From contig DUOD01000063.1 of the NCBI GenBank assembly GCA_012838995.1, positions 1,383 through 65,382 on the forward strand: 64,000 bases of DNA, in the 5' to 3' direction. Below, one piece after another: positions 10,940 to 21,696 of the stretch (the first letter of the stretch is position 1; each line of letters begins with the position of its first letter). Position numbers and translations under genes: made by a program. Below the pieces are notes generated by a model that saw only the letters and a list, made by a program, of their open reading frames with translations, did not search any database and was not told the origin of the DNA. Origin of the DNA: Clostridiales bacterium. Its GTDB lineage: Bacteria; Bacillota; Clostridia; DUOD01.

Positions 10940-12328
10940 TTATTGATATTTTAAATAAAGGACCTCTTTTGTTTGGCCTGTAACTTTATGTTTCTCACTA
11001 ATTCTATATCCTATTACCCATAACACCGTGTTATCTATTGTAACCAAAGGTAAAGTATCCCTTTGTTCTTTAGGTATTTTTGTATCTATAAAAAAGTCCT
11101 TTAATTTTTTTGTGCCCTTCATACCCAATGGGGTAAAAAGATCGCCCGGACGCCTGTTCCTTACCATTATTTCGGAAGTAATACTACCGCCGTCCAAAAA
11201 GGCGGTATTTGGCGTTTTGGGCAGGTTACTATACTGCTCCTTGCTTATTATTTGGGCATAAAGGGTGCTGTTTAATTCTTTTATATATATATATCCAGGA
11301 ATGGCGATTTTGTAACAAAATGACGGGACGTCGGACAATTTATTTGGTTCCAAAATTATTTCGTTATAGCATACCCTAAATCTGTAACCCCCGGGAAGGA
11401 TATAACGGGCCCCAACATCGGCATTAAGGGAAAAATCCATCATTTTTTGCGCATGTTGGTATTCCAAGGACTTTGTATCTCCTTTAAGCCTTTTAACCGC
11501 CAATCGCAGCACCCTGCTAAACAGGGCGGGATGTAATTTGTTTATGGCCTGTCTGTCGACCACCACCCTGTCTTCCGTTACCCTGGATATCCCTTTAAAA
11601 ATTTCCTCGGCTTTCATATTCAAATACCTGTTATCCCGGTCGATTATATTCCTGGTTTTATACAGGGTATCGACAATCGCCGGGTTAAAATTCTTTTGGA
11701 TATACGGGATTAACTCCAGCCGGATCTTATTGCGGGTATATATTTGCATTTCATTGGTACTGTCTATCCTGTAGGGGATATTGTTTGAGTGACAATATAC
11801 CTCTATCTCATCCCTGGAAACCTCTATCAGCGGCCTAATAACGTTGTTACTGATGGGCTTAATACCGGTAAGCCCGTCGGCACCCGCTCCCCTAATAAAG
11901 TTAAACAACATGGTCTCGCAGTTATCATTTTTGTTATGGGCGGTAGCCACCTTGTTGCCGCCGATTTTCTTGAGCACATCGTTAAAAAAAGCGTATCTTA
12001 CATGCCTGCCCGCCAACTCCAAGGAAATGCCCCGCTCCTTTGCCAACAAATCCACCTTTTGTTCATGCAGATAGAAATCAAAGCCCATTCTACTGGCATG
12101 GTATTCAACGAATTGGGCATCTTCCTTGGACTGCCGGCCCCTTAAACCATGATCCACATGGGCCACTACTATAAAAATATCGTATTCATCCTGCAGGCGC
12201 TTTAGTATGTGCAGTAGGCACATGGAATCCGGCCCGCCCGACACACCAGCCACTATACGGTCCCCGGGCTGGATTAAACCATACCTGTATATGGTTTGCT
12301 TAACCTTTTCCATCATAACCAATTCCAT
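10940..12328 (-). CDS. tilS: tRNA(Ile)-lysidine synthetase
   Basis: PP-loop SGGPDS, conserved architecture. Confidence 0.92.
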   Translation of the reverse strand: MELVMMEKVKQTIYRYGLIQPGDRIVAGVSGGPDSMCLLHILKRLQDEYDIFIVVAHVDHGLRGRQSKEDAQFVEYHASRMGFDFYLHEQKVDLLAKERGISLELAGRHVRYAFFNDVLKKIGGNKVATAHNKNDNCETMLFNFIRGAGADGLTGIKPISNNVIRPLIEVSRDEIEVYCHSNNIPYRIDSTNEMQIYTRNKIRLELIPYIQKNFNPAIVDTLYKTRNIIDRDNRYLNMKAEEIFKGISRVTEDRVVVDRQAINKLHPALFSRVLRLAVKRLKGDTKSLEYQHAQKMMDFSLNADVGARYILPGGYRFRVCYNEIILEPNKLSDVPSFCYKIAIPGYIYIKELNSTLYAQIISKEQYSNLPKTPNTAFLDGGSITSEIMVRNRRPGDLFTPLGMKGTKKLKDFFIDTKIPKEQRDTLPLVTIDNTVLWVIGYRISEKHKVTGQTKEVLYLKYQ

Positions 12329-12411
12329 CCCAGCCTACTTGTAATCCCAACGCAACGAACAAAAAGCATTTCATTTAATTCTATCAAAACCTACAGGTGT
12401 ATGCAATAATA

Positions 12412-12440
12412 TACCCATAAAAAATAGGACTGAAACCCAG
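12412..12440 (-). terminator. Terminator hairpin aggactg-ggtttc-agtcct followed by U-run, downstream of spoIIE
   Basis: Read from the sequence. Confidence 0.55.
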
Positions 12441-12443
12441 TCC

Positions 12444-14876
12444 TCAGCATTTTAATAATCTCGCCACCATGACGGTCATATCATCCTCCAAATTGCCGCC
12501 ACAGTACTTTAAGGCCGTTTCCATTATTAATTCCGACATTTGTTGGGGATTTTTTGTTTTTATATCCATCAGCACTTCCTTCATCCAAGCTTCGGTATCC
12601 GTACAGTTTTTATTGGCCTCCAATACGCCGTCGGTCATCATGATTATAAAATCATCGGCCTTGAGTTTCGTGTAACTGTTTTCCACTTTAATGTCCATAA
12701 GTATGCCAATGGGCAGGGTAGAAGCCTTTATGGTTTGCACGCCGTCCCCCCGCTTTATAAAAGAAGGCGGCGCCCCAATTTTAATGAATTCTCCCAACCC
12801 ATCCACCAAATCTATAAAGCAAATATCTGCCGTGGCAAAACTTTCATCATTATTTCTTAACAATAATGCTGAGTTTATGGTCTTTATGGTTATGTCCTTG
12901 CCAAACCCCGCTTCCATAAACTGTTCTATCAAGTTGACGGTAGCCTCGCTTTGTTCCCTGGCCTTTAGACCGGTACCCATACCGTCGCTAAGAATCAACA
13001 TATATTTTCCGTTTCGAATATAGCCAAAAGAATAACTGTCCCCGGAAACACCGTCCTTTAGTTTACTCCTCCTACATACACCCGTTACCACCTCAAAGCT
13101 ATCGGCCTCGTAAAACTGCAGAATACATCTATGCCTGATTTTACCCGGTTGTTTACAGTCGCTCTTACATACCATTTTTCTGCCCACTGCCTTGGACACC
13201 GTATGCTCTATATGGCTTATACACGACCTGAATGTTCCTTTGCATTGGATGGGGGTCAGCGTTATCTCCAGCTTTCCGTCCTTGTTTTCACCGACGGTGA
13301 TACTATCCACCGCTACACCCGCCCTATCCATGGCAAAATGCAGTACTTCGGAAATCTCGTCTTTGAAGGTGATGTCCATGCTGACTTCGGCAGCCAGCTC
13401 GTCGATTGAACGGGCTATGCCTTCCAGTTGTTGGGCCACCAGTTCCTTACTTTCGCTTAATCTGGTTTTCCACTTGTGATTAAGGGTGTATAGTTCATAG
13501 GTTGCATTCATTTGCCTTACTATATCGTCCACCTTTATACATTTCTTTATTAAATCAACGGGTATGGAAGCCTTGTCGATATTCCCGCTGTCCTCCAACC
13601 TTTCAAGACTGTCGAAAAATACGTTGTAGGTATTGTAAAAATCCCTTTGCCAGCAGGTACTGAATAATACACATTGGCTACATGTCTTTTCTACTACGTG
13701 ATTTAAAAAACCGGTAACATCCTGATTCTTTTCAATCTTCCCTCCACCGATTTTTTTAAAGGTTCTGGCCAGCTCCACAAAAACCCTGGAAAATTCCTTT
13801 AACTGGTCTGTCGTCAGTTCCTTTATCTCCTTGCTGTACATATTTTCCATGTATTTTTTGTACATGGATATATCCGTATATTTACTTATTCGGTCAATAA
13901 CCCCTTTGGGTATTAATAACAGTATTGCAAGGGCAACTATTATTTCTCCAACAGGTATCATAACGCTGGTGGACCGGTTGATGTAATAAGTAACAACCGC
14001 ATTGGCCAATAAAAAACTTATACCGCTACCCATTTTGCCCAGGCCTCTGAATAAACCGGCCGTCATTGCACAAATGCCATAGTTTATGATTGCAATGGGG
14101 TATGGATTGATACTGCTAAGGGTCATGGTCAGGCCCACCAAAATACCCATTACCGTTCCCGTCCCCGGGCCGCCGATATAAGAGAAAAGCAAAACCAGAA
14201 CCAAGCCCAGAACGTTCTTTACGGATACGCCCAAGGGGCGAAAATCAAAAAAACCGCATACAAACAGTATAACAATAATGCCTATGGATATCTGTTCTTC
14301 GGTGGTCAACATTTTACGTTTCCACTTGGACACAAGGACACTGCATCCCTTTTGGAACAAATAGGCCAACATGGGTATGCTAAGGCCTTCCAGCAATAAG
14401 AGGGAGAAATCGTAATAATATATACCCTGGGTCAAAAGCTTGATAAAGGAAGGTAAAAAAAAGGATAAAAAAACACAGGTTAAATACAGTTTTTTCTTTT
14501 TAACATCTATAAAATTTTTACCGATCAGTAACCCCATTAACATCATGGGTATGCCGTATTTTAGTATGCGCATGTCTATACCCGTGGATATCAGACCCAG
14601 GATAACCAAAAATCCCGTGACCATATATCTACTGTCTATCATCAGCAATGCGCACCACAGAGCCAAACCGAAGGGATAAAGCCCGCCAAACAAAGAAGCC
14701 CTAGCCAAAAAGAAGATAAAGACAAGCAAAATGGCCAGTTTAACGTTATGGGATACCGTCATCCTATCAGATGAAATCTTTTTTGTAGATTTTTTAATAG
14801 GATTTTTAAATGCCAAAGCTTGTCCTTTGTTAAACATGTAACCACCACCTACAGTAATAAAATCAAGCAATAGCAT
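12444..14876 (-). CDS. spoIIE: Stage II sporulation protein E (PP2C-type serine phosphatase with N-terminal polytopic membrane domain)
   Basis: 810 aa, ~10 TM N-terminus, C-terminal PP2C motifs (GDSYSF, ILSDGMGTG, MMTDGV). Confidence 0.92.
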   Translation of the reverse strand: MLLLDFITVGGGYMFNKGQALAFKNPIKKSTKKISSDRMTVSHNVKLAILLVFIFFLARASLFGGLYPFGLALWCALLMIDSRYMVTGFLVILGLISTGIDMRILKYGIPMMLMGLLIGKNFIDVKKKKLYLTCVFLSFFLPSFIKLLTQGIYYYDFSLLLLEGLSIPMLAYLFQKGCSVLVSKWKRKMLTTEEQISIGIIVILFVCGFFDFRPLGVSVKNVLGLVLVLLFSYIGGPGTGTVMGILVGLTMTLSSINPYPIAIINYGICAMTAGLFRGLGKMGSGISFLLANAVVTYYINRSTSVMIPVGEIIVALAILLLIPKGVIDRISKYTDISMYKKYMENMYSKEIKELTTDQLKEFSRVFVELARTFKKIGGGKIEKNQDVTGFLNHVVEKTCSQCVLFSTCWQRDFYNTYNVFFDSLERLEDSGNIDKASIPVDLIKKCIKVDDIVRQMNATYELYTLNHKWKTRLSESKELVAQQLEGIARSIDELAAEVSMDITFKDEISEVLHFAMDRAGVAVDSITVGENKDGKLEITLTPIQCKGTFRSCISHIEHTVSKAVGRKMVCKSDCKQPGKIRHRCILQFYEADSFEVVTGVCRRSKLKDGVSGDSYSFGYIRNGKYMLILSDGMGTGLKAREQSEATVNLIEQFMEAGFGKDITIKTINSALLLRNNDESFATADICFIDLVDGLGEFIKIGAPPSFIKRGDGVQTIKASTLPIGILMDIKVENSYTKLKADDFIIMMTDGVLEANKNCTDTEAWMKEVLMDIKTKNPQQMSELIMETALKYCGGNLEDDMTVMVARLLKC

Positions 14877-15000
14877 TATATCAAAAGCAAGCTGAATTAT
14901 TTGTCATTATAGGTAGTGGTTAAATAAAAAGTTTATGACAAAATCTTAAATCATTCCCATATAAATAACCTATATAGACATAACGGCCTTGGCAAATAAA

Positions 15001-15027
15001 AAAAACCAGACATTACCTGGTTTTAAT
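15001..15027 (-). terminator. Terminator of the tRNA operon (stem aaaccag/ctggttt followed by a U-run on the minus transcript)
   Basis: Read from the sequence. Confidence 0.55.
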
Positions 15028-15030
15028 CTT

Positions 15031-15106
15031 TGGTGGGCGCAACAGGGCTCGAACCTATGACCCCCTGCTTGTAAGGCAGGTGCTCTCCCAGCTGAGCTAT
15101 GCGCCC
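15031..15106 (-). tRNA. tRNA-Val (anticodon TAC)
   Basis: Manual cloverleaf: GGGCGCATAGCTCAGCTGGGAGAGCACCTGCCTTACAAGCAGGGGGTCATAGGTTCGAGCCCTGTTGCGCCCACCA, encoded CCA. Confidence 0.9.
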
Positions 15107-15177
15107 ACACTCTAGAAGTTAGGTACAGGTATCCGATTTTCCGCTTTCCTGTATAACTTCCCTATATTTTTTTAAAA

Positions 15178-15252
15178 TGGTGACCCCTAGGGGACTCGAA
15201 CCCCTGTTACCGCCGTGAAAGGGCGGTGTCTTAACCGCTTGACCAAGGGGCC
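15178..15252 (-). tRNA. tRNA-Glu (anticodon TTC)
   Basis: GGCCCCTTGGTCAAGCGGTTAAGACACCGCCCTTTCACGGCGG...TCACCA, near-identical to the Bacillus tRNA-Glu. Confidence 0.9.
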
Positions 15253-15261
15253 AGGTTAACT

Positions 15262-15338
15262 TGGTAGCGGCGAACGGATTCGAACCGCTGACACTGCGGG
15301 TATGAACCGCATGCTCTAGCCAACTGAGCTACGCCGCC
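15262..15338 (-). tRNA. tRNA-Met, elongator (anticodon CAT)
   Basis: GGCGGCGTAGCTCAGTTGGCTAGAGCATGCGGTTCATACCCGCAG...; lacks initiator features. Confidence 0.8.
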
Positions 15339-15351
15339 ATAATTATAGTAT

Positions 15352-15431
<80 letters not shown>

Positions 15432-15459
15432 TTATATTCTCTATACCATTGGCACTACC

Positions 15460-15549
15460 TGGTGCCGGAGACCGGAATCGAACCGGTACGGTCTTATGGG
15501 GACCGCGGGATTTTAAGTCCTGTGCGTCTGCCAGTTCCGCCACTCCGGC
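15460..15549 (-). tRNA. tRNA-Leu (anticodon TAA), long variable arm
   Basis: GCCGGAGTGGCGGAACTGGCAGACGCACAGGACTTAAAATCC...; 90 nt, class II. Confidence 0.85.
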
Positions 15550-15574
15550 GAACTGTGACCTTGACGACGAATAT

Positions 15575-15604
15575 TATTTTATAATAAACCACACGCTGAG
15601 TCAA
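15575..15604 (-). promoter_or_regulatory. Sigma-A-type promoter of the tRNA operon (TTGACT -35, TAAAAT/TATAAA -10)
   Basis: Hexamers read on the minus strand ~45 nt upstream of tRNA-Leu. Confidence 0.5.
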
Positions 15605-15664
15605 TAGTTGTTATTGTCTTCTACCCATTATTTTTTAAACTATCCCTTTATAGTTGCCCAATAT

Positions 15665-16615
15665 TCAATATTGCTCAATATTACTGACCATTATATAGTT
15701 TTTAATTATATAACCCTCTAGGCTGTCCTGATCCCTTGTTACCAGACTCGAAATATTCAGCCTTTCCATAAGGTACCTGAGGATAAAGGTACCCTGGGCT
15801 ATTATGTCCGCCCTCTTTTTTTGTATAATTTTAATTGCTTGTTTTTGCTCCAAGGTGGTATTAAACAGATAAAGGCTAAGCTCTGCCACCCTACCAACGG
15901 TGAGGCGATAATCATTGATCAACCTACTGTCATAAACGGTGAGCCCTTGATCCAGTGCTGCAAGGCTGACAACGGTACCGCCGACTCCGATGCACGCGCA
16001 ATCTATTATATCATATTTTTCTATATTGGCAAATATCCCGTCTAAATACCTCTTCATTTCCGATATGATAGATTGATCGACTGGATAGCTAGGCTTAAAG
16101 GTTTCCGTCAATTTAACGGCACCAACATTATAACTGTCGGCCATAAGGATATTGCTACCCTTTCCGAAGACTATCTCGGTACTGCCTCCGCCAATATCAA
16201 TAATTGTATGTTTTTTAGAATTACTCGTCAAACCTACGGCGCCCAAATAAGACAGGGCAGCCTCCTGTTGTCCCGATAGGATATCCACCGTTATATTAAA
16301 CCTGTTTTTGCATATATCGATAAAGTCCTGGGCATTTCGTGCATCCCTTAACGGGCTGGTGGCGATACAGTTTATTTGGTCCACCCCATAAACCCGGGCC
16401 ATCCTTATCATCCCATCTATAACCTTTACCGTTCTTTCCGTGGCCCCTTGGCTTATAAAACCACCGTCTCGTACATGCTGGCCTATCCTTGTTATACAGG
16501 ATTGTTTATATAAAGGCTTAAAACCATCCTTAAAAACTTGGGCAATAAATATCCTGACGGAATTATTACCAATATCTATTACCGCTACCCTCACAAATAT
16601 TCTCCTTCTATGCAC
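15665..16615 (-). CDS. ppx: Ppx/GppA family exopolyphosphatase / guanosine pentaphosphate phosphohydrolase
   Basis: ASKHA-fold motifs (VAVIDIGNNSVR, DIGGGSTE). Confidence 0.8.
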   Translation of the reverse strand: MHRRRIFVRVAVIDIGNNSVRIFIAQVFKDGFKPLYKQSCITRIGQHVRDGGFISQGATERTVKVIDGMIRMARVYGVDQINCIATSPLRDARNAQDFIDICKNRFNITVDILSGQQEAALSYLGAVGLTSNSKKHTIIDIGGGSTEIVFGKGSNILMADSYNVGAVKLTETFKPSYPVDQSIISEMKRYLDGIFANIEKYDIIDCACIGVGGTVVSLAALDQGLTVYDSRLINDYRLTVGRVAELSLYLFNTTLEQKQAIKIIQKKRADIIAQGTFILRYLMERLNISSLVTRDQDSLEGYIIKNYIMVSNIEQY

Positions 16616-16670
16616 CTGAAAATTCTAAAAGCATTTCACCGAGTGAAATGCTTTTATATTCTAAATTTAA

Positions 16671-17108
16671 TTAATATTGTCCACTGCTTCGGCGGGAAAA
16701 CCCCCTTCTTCTCTTCGCTTCCCTGTTTCTTCTTATGTCTTGTAATTTTTCCTCACTGTCCCTGAAAAACTTGGAAAGCCTGTCTTCAAAGGATAAGTTG
16801 TCCGGTTCACGTCTGACTGAGTCCCAGTTAAATTCCATGGGATTTGAACTCTTGTTTCCTTGAAGATTCTTCCTTTCGTTAGCCCTTCTAATGGATAAGC
16901 TAATCTTTCCGTCATCGTCGATGGACAGCACCTTTACTTTTACCCTATCCTTTTCTTTTAAGTGCATATGGATGTCCTTTACATAACTGTCGGCTACTTC
17001 TGAGATATGCACCATTCCCGTCTTTCCTTCCGGAAGCTGGATAAAGGCACCAAAGCTGGTAATTCCGGAAACCACGCCCTCGACTATTTTACCTACCTCC
17101 ACCGGCAT
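16671..17108 (-). CDS. yabR: S1 RNA-binding domain protein YabR
   Basis: S1 domain (GKIVEGVVSGITSFGAFIQLPEGKTGMVHISEVAD) plus basic C-terminal tail; position after divIC. Confidence 0.82.
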   Translation of the reverse strand: MPVEVGKIVEGVVSGITSFGAFIQLPEGKTGMVHISEVADSYVKDIHMHLKEKDRVKVKVLSIDDDGKISLSIRRANERKNLQGNKSSNPMEFNWDSVRREPDNLSFEDRLSKFFRDSEEKLQDIRRNREAKRRRGFSRRSSGQY

Positions 17109-17220
17109 ATTAATGGGTAATCCTCCTTTGATCTTTACATTTATTTATTTTTCCCTTAGAGGGATCATTACATATCATTATATATTAGGCGCATTTTTGG
17201 TGTCAATGAAATACTTGCGC

Positions 17221-17523
17221 TTATTCAACAGGCATGTACTTTATTTCCCCTTCCTTAACCATACCCAGTTTTTCTCGGGCTGCGTTCTCCACAAACTCAT
17301 CGGTATCCGCCGCATTTATTTGCTGCTTTATATATTCATTCTCCTTCTTCAAATCCTCGATTTTGCTTATTATTTGAGATTTATCCTTGTTAAGCCTGTT
17401 TAGTTCCAGCTGTTGTGTGACAAGGGTGGAAACCACCACCAAAGCTACCAGTAAAAATAAGAATATTTTAAGTCGGGGTTTCATCCTATACCTGGCCATG
17501 GGCGCCTCCTTATCCCTATACAA
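17221..17523 (-). CDS. divIC: Septum formation initiator DivIC/FtsB family (true start may be the internal MARYRM)
   Basis: Single TM followed by a coiled-coil (LNRLNKDKSQIISKIEDLKKENEYIKQQI); conserved yabQ-divIC-yabR order. Confidence 0.75.
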   Translation of the reverse strand: MYRDKEAPMARYRMKPRLKIFLFLLVALVVVSTLVTQQLELNRLNKDKSQIISKIEDLKKENEYIKQQINAADTDEFVENAAREKLGMVKEGEIKYMPVE

Positions 17524-17601
17524 TACTGTATTTTCCTACATAACACTGTATTGGATTTATATTCGACATAACTTATAAATATCCTTTTTTTATATCAAAG
17601 T

Positions 17602-18120
17602 TTATATGGTCTTCCTGTTTTTAAAGATAAAACCCAACAATCCCCTTGAATGACTACTCTTTTTTTCACCACCTTTGGCCTCATCCCTAGGCTTAAACAA
17701 TACAGTCCATGGTGCTGCGGACCATTTTATTATTCCTCTTATTATTCTGCTTGCCCAATTGTATATAAAATCAAGAATAATTGCTACGGGTTTGCCCAGC
17801 GTAAGCTTATATAACAGCCAGCCTAAAACGAAACCTATTACTATATAACCCCTTATCTGTCCGTAATTTATATGATAGACAAAATAGAAAAACAATAACG
17901 CAGCAGCTACGCAAAACAATAAATCGATAAACCCCGTTACTATTTTATTAAGGGCCCATTTCATCTTAAAAAACCTGTATATATCAAAGGCCATGCCTAC
18001 CATCCCGCCGCATACCACTAAACAACCAAATACTATGGTTTGGTTTATTGTCTCTCCGTCCATAATAAACCCCCTGGAATTTTGGTTTTGCTTGTCCCCA
18101 TATTTAATAAAAACTATCAT
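17602..18120 (-). CDS. yabQ: Spore cortex biosynthesis membrane protein YabQ
   Basis: Polytopic small membrane protein; 4-bp overlap with yabP. Confidence 0.7.
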   Translation of the reverse strand: MIVFIKYGDKQNQNSRGFIMDGETINQTIVFGCLVVCGGMVGMAFDIYRFFKMKWALNKIVTGFIDLLFCVAAALLFFYFVYHINYGQIRGYIVIGFVLGWLLYKLTLGKPVAIILDFIYNWASRIIRGIIKWSAAPWTVLFKPRDEAKGGEKKSSHSRGLLGFIFKNRKTI

Positions 18121-18419
18121 TTAAAGAGTTTCCCGAACAAGCCCCCGCCTTGGCCCCCCAGCCCTTCACTGTCGGTATAATCGATTGCAATTATAAGCCC
18201 CTCCACTATTAGTTGGCCCTCATCGAGGTTTAGCTTATTTATATGCAAATCGTCCCCCTTTACAGCCAGGAAACCGTCCTCCAGCACCAATATGACCATT
18301 TCGGCATTGAAACTCTCCACGTCTTCGACGCCGTTAATGGTAATCCTTTCCCGATTCTCTATAAAAATACTATGGGCCTTGGACCTGTTTATCCTTTTTT
18401 CTTCCATTTCCCTTGCCAT
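18117..18419 (-). CDS. yabP: Sporulation protein YabP
   Basis: HSIFIENRERITINGVEDVESFN... matches YabP (DUF1429). Confidence 0.82.
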   Translation of the reverse strand: MAREMEEKRINRSKAHSIFIENRERITINGVEDVESFNAEMVILVLEDGFLAVKGDDLHINKLNLDEGQLIVEGLIIAIDYTDSEGLGGQGGGLFGKLFK

Positions 18420-18501
18420 TTTTTCACCTCCATTCTTCTATCTAGATATGTATGCATGTATCACAACATTTATTACAAAAAATAAAGAGCCTGACGGCTC
18501 T

Positions 18502-19488
18502 TTATTCCCACATCTTAACTACTTTAACGTTTCTGAAATAGTGGTTTATTATATCCTCGCTGCTTTTGCCCTGTTTAGCCATTGCAAAGGCTCCCCATTG
18601 GGACATTCCCACGCCGTGGCCGTATCCCCTGCCTCTGATCACCACCTTATCGCCCTGTAACTGTATATCATCGATTAAAGTGGATTTCATCTTGGTACTG
18701 TCCAGCGCAAGGCGGACCTCGGCGGCCGGATACTGCTCCTGACCGAATTTTATCATGGTTGCCCTGCCCGACGGCCCCCTTTGGGAAATTGTAATATCGT
18801 CAAAATCCCCGACTTGCATGCCCTTTGTACCTAGGGCATTTATTACTTCTTGCTTGGTATACACGGCGCTCCAGTTACTGTCTTCCCGGGGCGCTTCAGG
18901 GGAATCGGGAGAATTCACCACATGGATGTAGGGAGGTTCCTGTTTGTCATAATTAAGGCCTTCCTTAGCTGTAGCGGTTTTCCCTCCGGCATGGGCATGA
19001 AACCATGCATTTATAAATTGATTGTTATGAACTATTACCTTACCCCTGGTACTGTCTACCGCCTTCCTTATCTTATCGTTTACTTCCCCCATATTCCATG
19101 CCTGGGCCTCTTCAATGTCAGTGGATATATCCGCCCCTGAATATTTCGATCCTCCTTTTTCAGAGACAAAATTTAATACAAAGGTCCTGGCTATTATTGC
19201 CTGGGCAGCCAATGCCTTCTCCGGCCATGTGTTTTTCATCTCCCCCGCTACAACACCGTACAGATATTCCTCGAGGTTCATTTGCTTAACGGTTTTCTCG
19301 TCGGCCAGGTATACCTTCAGCCTGGGCTCTTGATTGGCACCCCGCCGTATACGCTCAGGAATATCAGGCTTTACATCCCGCTGTCCCTCGGAGGGAGGGG
19401 GCATCCTTTTTACCCTACATCCAACAAAAGATAAGGCTAAAGCAAAAATCGTAAACAATACCGTTAATCTTATAAATTTTTTTGACAT
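18502..19488 (-). CDS. spoIID: Stage II sporulation protein D family (SpoIID/LytB lytic transglycosylase)
   Basis: Signal-anchor N-terminus; SpoIID domain (NLEEYLYGVVAGEM, AQAIIARTF, HAHAGG). Confidence 0.85.
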   Translation of the reverse strand: MSKKFIRLTVLFTIFALALSFVGCRVKRMPPPSEGQRDVKPDIPERIRRGANQEPRLKVYLADEKTVKQMNLEEYLYGVVAGEMKNTWPEKALAAQAIIARTFVLNFVSEKGGSKYSGADISTDIEEAQAWNMGEVNDKIRKAVDSTRGKVIVHNNQFINAWFHAHAGGKTATAKEGLNYDKQEPPYIHVVNSPDSPEAPREDSNWSAVYTKQEVINALGTKGMQVGDFDDITISQRGPSGRATMIKFGQEQYPAAEVRLALDSTKMKSTLIDDIQLQGDKVVIRGRGYGHGVGMSQWGAFAMAKQGKSSEDIINHYFRNVKVVKMWE

Positions 19489-19580
19489 AAAATTATCCCT
19501 CCCGGTTTTCCTTATTCCATATTATTTGTTAATATGGCTAATTAAATTATGTAATTGGTGGAAACCAAGAGGGAACACCG

Positions 19581-19820
19581 TTATAATTTTTTAAACAATT
19601 GGGCAGCCTCATTCTTTTTTACAGTCTCATTGATGTCAAGTACTTCATACCTGCTCGATTGATCGCCGAACTTTATTTCCAAGATATCACCTATTTTCAC
19701 TTCACTTCCTGGCTTTGCTATCCTTCCGTTGATCCTTACCCTGCCCAGACTGCATGCCTCTTTTGCCACAGTCCTTCTTTTTATTAATCTGGAAACCTTT
19801 AAAAATTTGTCTAGTCTCAT
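19581..19820 (-). CDS. yabO: S4-domain RNA-binding protein YabO
   Basis: MRLDKFLKVSRLIKRRTVAKEAC...; S4 fold, 79 aa. Confidence 0.82.
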   Translation of the reverse strand: MRLDKFLKVSRLIKRRTVAKEACSLGRVRINGRIAKPGSEVKIGDILEIKFGDQSSRYEVLDINETVKKNEAAQLFKKL

Positions 19821-19889
19821 AATTCCCCCATAATAATTAAACGATGCTAATATTAAAAAGCCAGGCCTCGACCTGACTTTTTAAAATCA

Positions 19890-20162
19890 TTAGTTAACTG
19901 CGTCTTTTAGCGCTTTTCCGGCCTTAAAAACAGGAGCCTTTGAAGCGGGAATGATTATTTCTTCTCTGGTCTGGGGATTCCTACCTCTCCTTTCAGCCCT
20001 TTCCCTCACTTCAAAGGTACCAAAACCTACCAATTGGACTTTATCATTTCTCGCCAACGCCTCTTGTACACTTGCCACAAAAGCATTTAGTGCTTTTTCG
20101 GCATCTTTTTTGGTTAAGTCGCTTTTTTCCGCAATACTAGCAATTAATTCAGCCTTGTTCAT
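19890..20162 (-). CDS. hup: DNA-binding protein HU
   Basis: [13 protein letters not shown]...[22 protein letters not shown]; canonical HU. Confidence 0.95.
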   Translation of the reverse strand: MNKAELIASIAEKSDLTKKDAEKALNAFVASVQEALARNDKVQLVGFGTFEVRERAERRGRNPQTREEIIIPASKAPVFKAGKALKDAVN

Positions 20163-20272
20163 ACTTGTTCCCTCCTTTAAATCAGTTCCTTTAGCATATT
20201 CGCTATTTTTCTTTAAATTCCTTCTTTTTGGTAAAAATTTTTTTGATTTTTGTTTAAAATGACACTTAACGA

Positions 20273-21694
20273 CTATTCTTCAGTTTTGTTCTCATAAAGG
20301 TCTTTATATTCATTCCATAGGGAATCCATTTCTTCGATATCCATTTGGTCCAGCTGTCTATTGTTTTCGACGGCTTTGTCTTCTATATATTGAAACCTTC
20401 GTATAAATTTATTTATTGTGTCGGTCAGTGCAAGCTCCGGCTGGATTTTAGCAAACCTTGCAGCATTAACCACTGCAAATAACAGGTCCCCTATTTCTTC
20501 GTTTATTTTCCCATAATTTCCTTGAAAATATACGCTTTTTAGCTCTCTCAATTCCTCCTCAATCTTATCAAAGACATCTTCTGCCCTATCCCAATCAAAA
20601 CCGACCAATGCCGCTTTATGTTGAACTTTGTAACTGCGCATTAAAGCAGGCAAGTTTTTCGGTACATCCTTCAAAGCTTGGGTGTGGGTGTTTATCCCCT
20701 TCTCCCGTTTTTTTATCTTTTCCCAATTTTGCAACACTTGCTGGGCAGTATCCAATTGGGTCTCACCAAATATATGGGCATGGCGCTTTATCATCTTATT
20801 ACAAATAGCGGTTATCACATGGCGCCAGGTAAATCTTCCCTCCTCGGCTGCAATCTGGGCATGAAATACTATTTGGAGTAGCAGATCACCCAATTCGTCA
20901 TATATCCTTCGGTCGTCCTTATTGTCAATGGCTTCCAGGACTTCGTAGGTCTCCTCAATCAAGTACTGTTTTAAGCTGTCGTGGGTTTGCTGCCTGTCCC
21001 AGGGGCAGCCCTTTTCTCCCCTTAGGATTTTCATAACGGTTACCAGGTTTTCAAAGGTATATCCCTTAAGTTCCCTTATATCCGTACTGGGAATGACAAT
21101 ATAAGCCTGGTTATTAATATTACCAAATTGTTCTAGATTATTCAGATATATCTTTTTAATTGTAATTTTATTGTGAGACGGTACCTTTAGCAATAGTACC
21201 TTAGCGCTATTATTATACGTTTTAAGAAGTATGTTTTTCAAATTCTCTAAAGTTGCTATTTGGGATATGTGAATGATATTGGTTTGTTGACCGTCGATAT
21301 ACCGAATTTTTTCTGTTTGTTTATCCGAAAAGAAGCTGCAGGGACTGAACATATTCCACAGCCCCACAAGGCAGTGCCCTGTTAACTCCAAAGTAGGCAG
21401 TAAATGGTCGGCATTATCATACAGCAATCTGCTTATCAGGGCCTTCAAACCCCGGTTGTCGGTAAGCAGGGTAACGGAAGGATGTTTCATGGCATAATCC
21501 GCCAATACCTTTAAGGAATCCTTATCATTAACATCCAATTTTTGCCCGCAAATTCTATCCTTCAAACCTTCAGGCAGGCTATCAATATCTACAGAAGATG
21601 TGGCCATAATGCATTCATCTTGGGAAAACTGTTGGATAAAACTACTAAAGCCTTTTATATTATCCATGTATATTATTCTAATCGACCGTTCCAT
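20273..21694 (-). CDS. mazG: MazG-family NTP pyrophosphohydrolase fused to an N-terminal tetrapyrrole-methylase-like domain (YabN)
   Basis: C-terminal EExxE MazG repeats ([19 protein letters not shown]), N-terminal methylase-like fold; position after yabM. Confidence 0.85.
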   Translation of the reverse strand: MERSIRIIYMDNIKGFSSFIQQFSQDECIMATSSVDIDSLPEGLKDRICGQKLDVNDKDSLKVLADYAMKHPSVTLLTDNRGLKALISRLLYDNADHLLPTLELTGHCLVGLWNMFSPCSFFSDKQTEKIRYIDGQQTNIIHISQIATLENLKNILLKTYNNSAKVLLLKVPSHNKITIKKIYLNNLEQFGNINNQAYIVIPSTDIRELKGYTFENLVTVMKILRGEKGCPWDRQQTHDSLKQYLIEETYEVLEAIDNKDDRRIYDELGDLLLQIVFHAQIAAEEGRFTWRHVITAICNKMIKRHAHIFGETQLDTAQQVLQNWEKIKKREKGINTHTQALKDVPKNLPALMRSYKVQHKAALVGFDWDRAEDVFDKIEEELRELKSVYFQGNYGKINEEIGDLLFAVVNAARFAKIQPELALTDTINKFIRRFQYIEDKAVENNRQLDQMDIEEMDSLWNEYKDLYENKTEE

Positions 21695-21696
21695 GT

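Noticed and set aside
19489-19580. Sigma-E promoter upstream of spoIID
   Set aside because: Only a partial ATATT match with no convincing CATACA-type -10; too weak to report as a feature.
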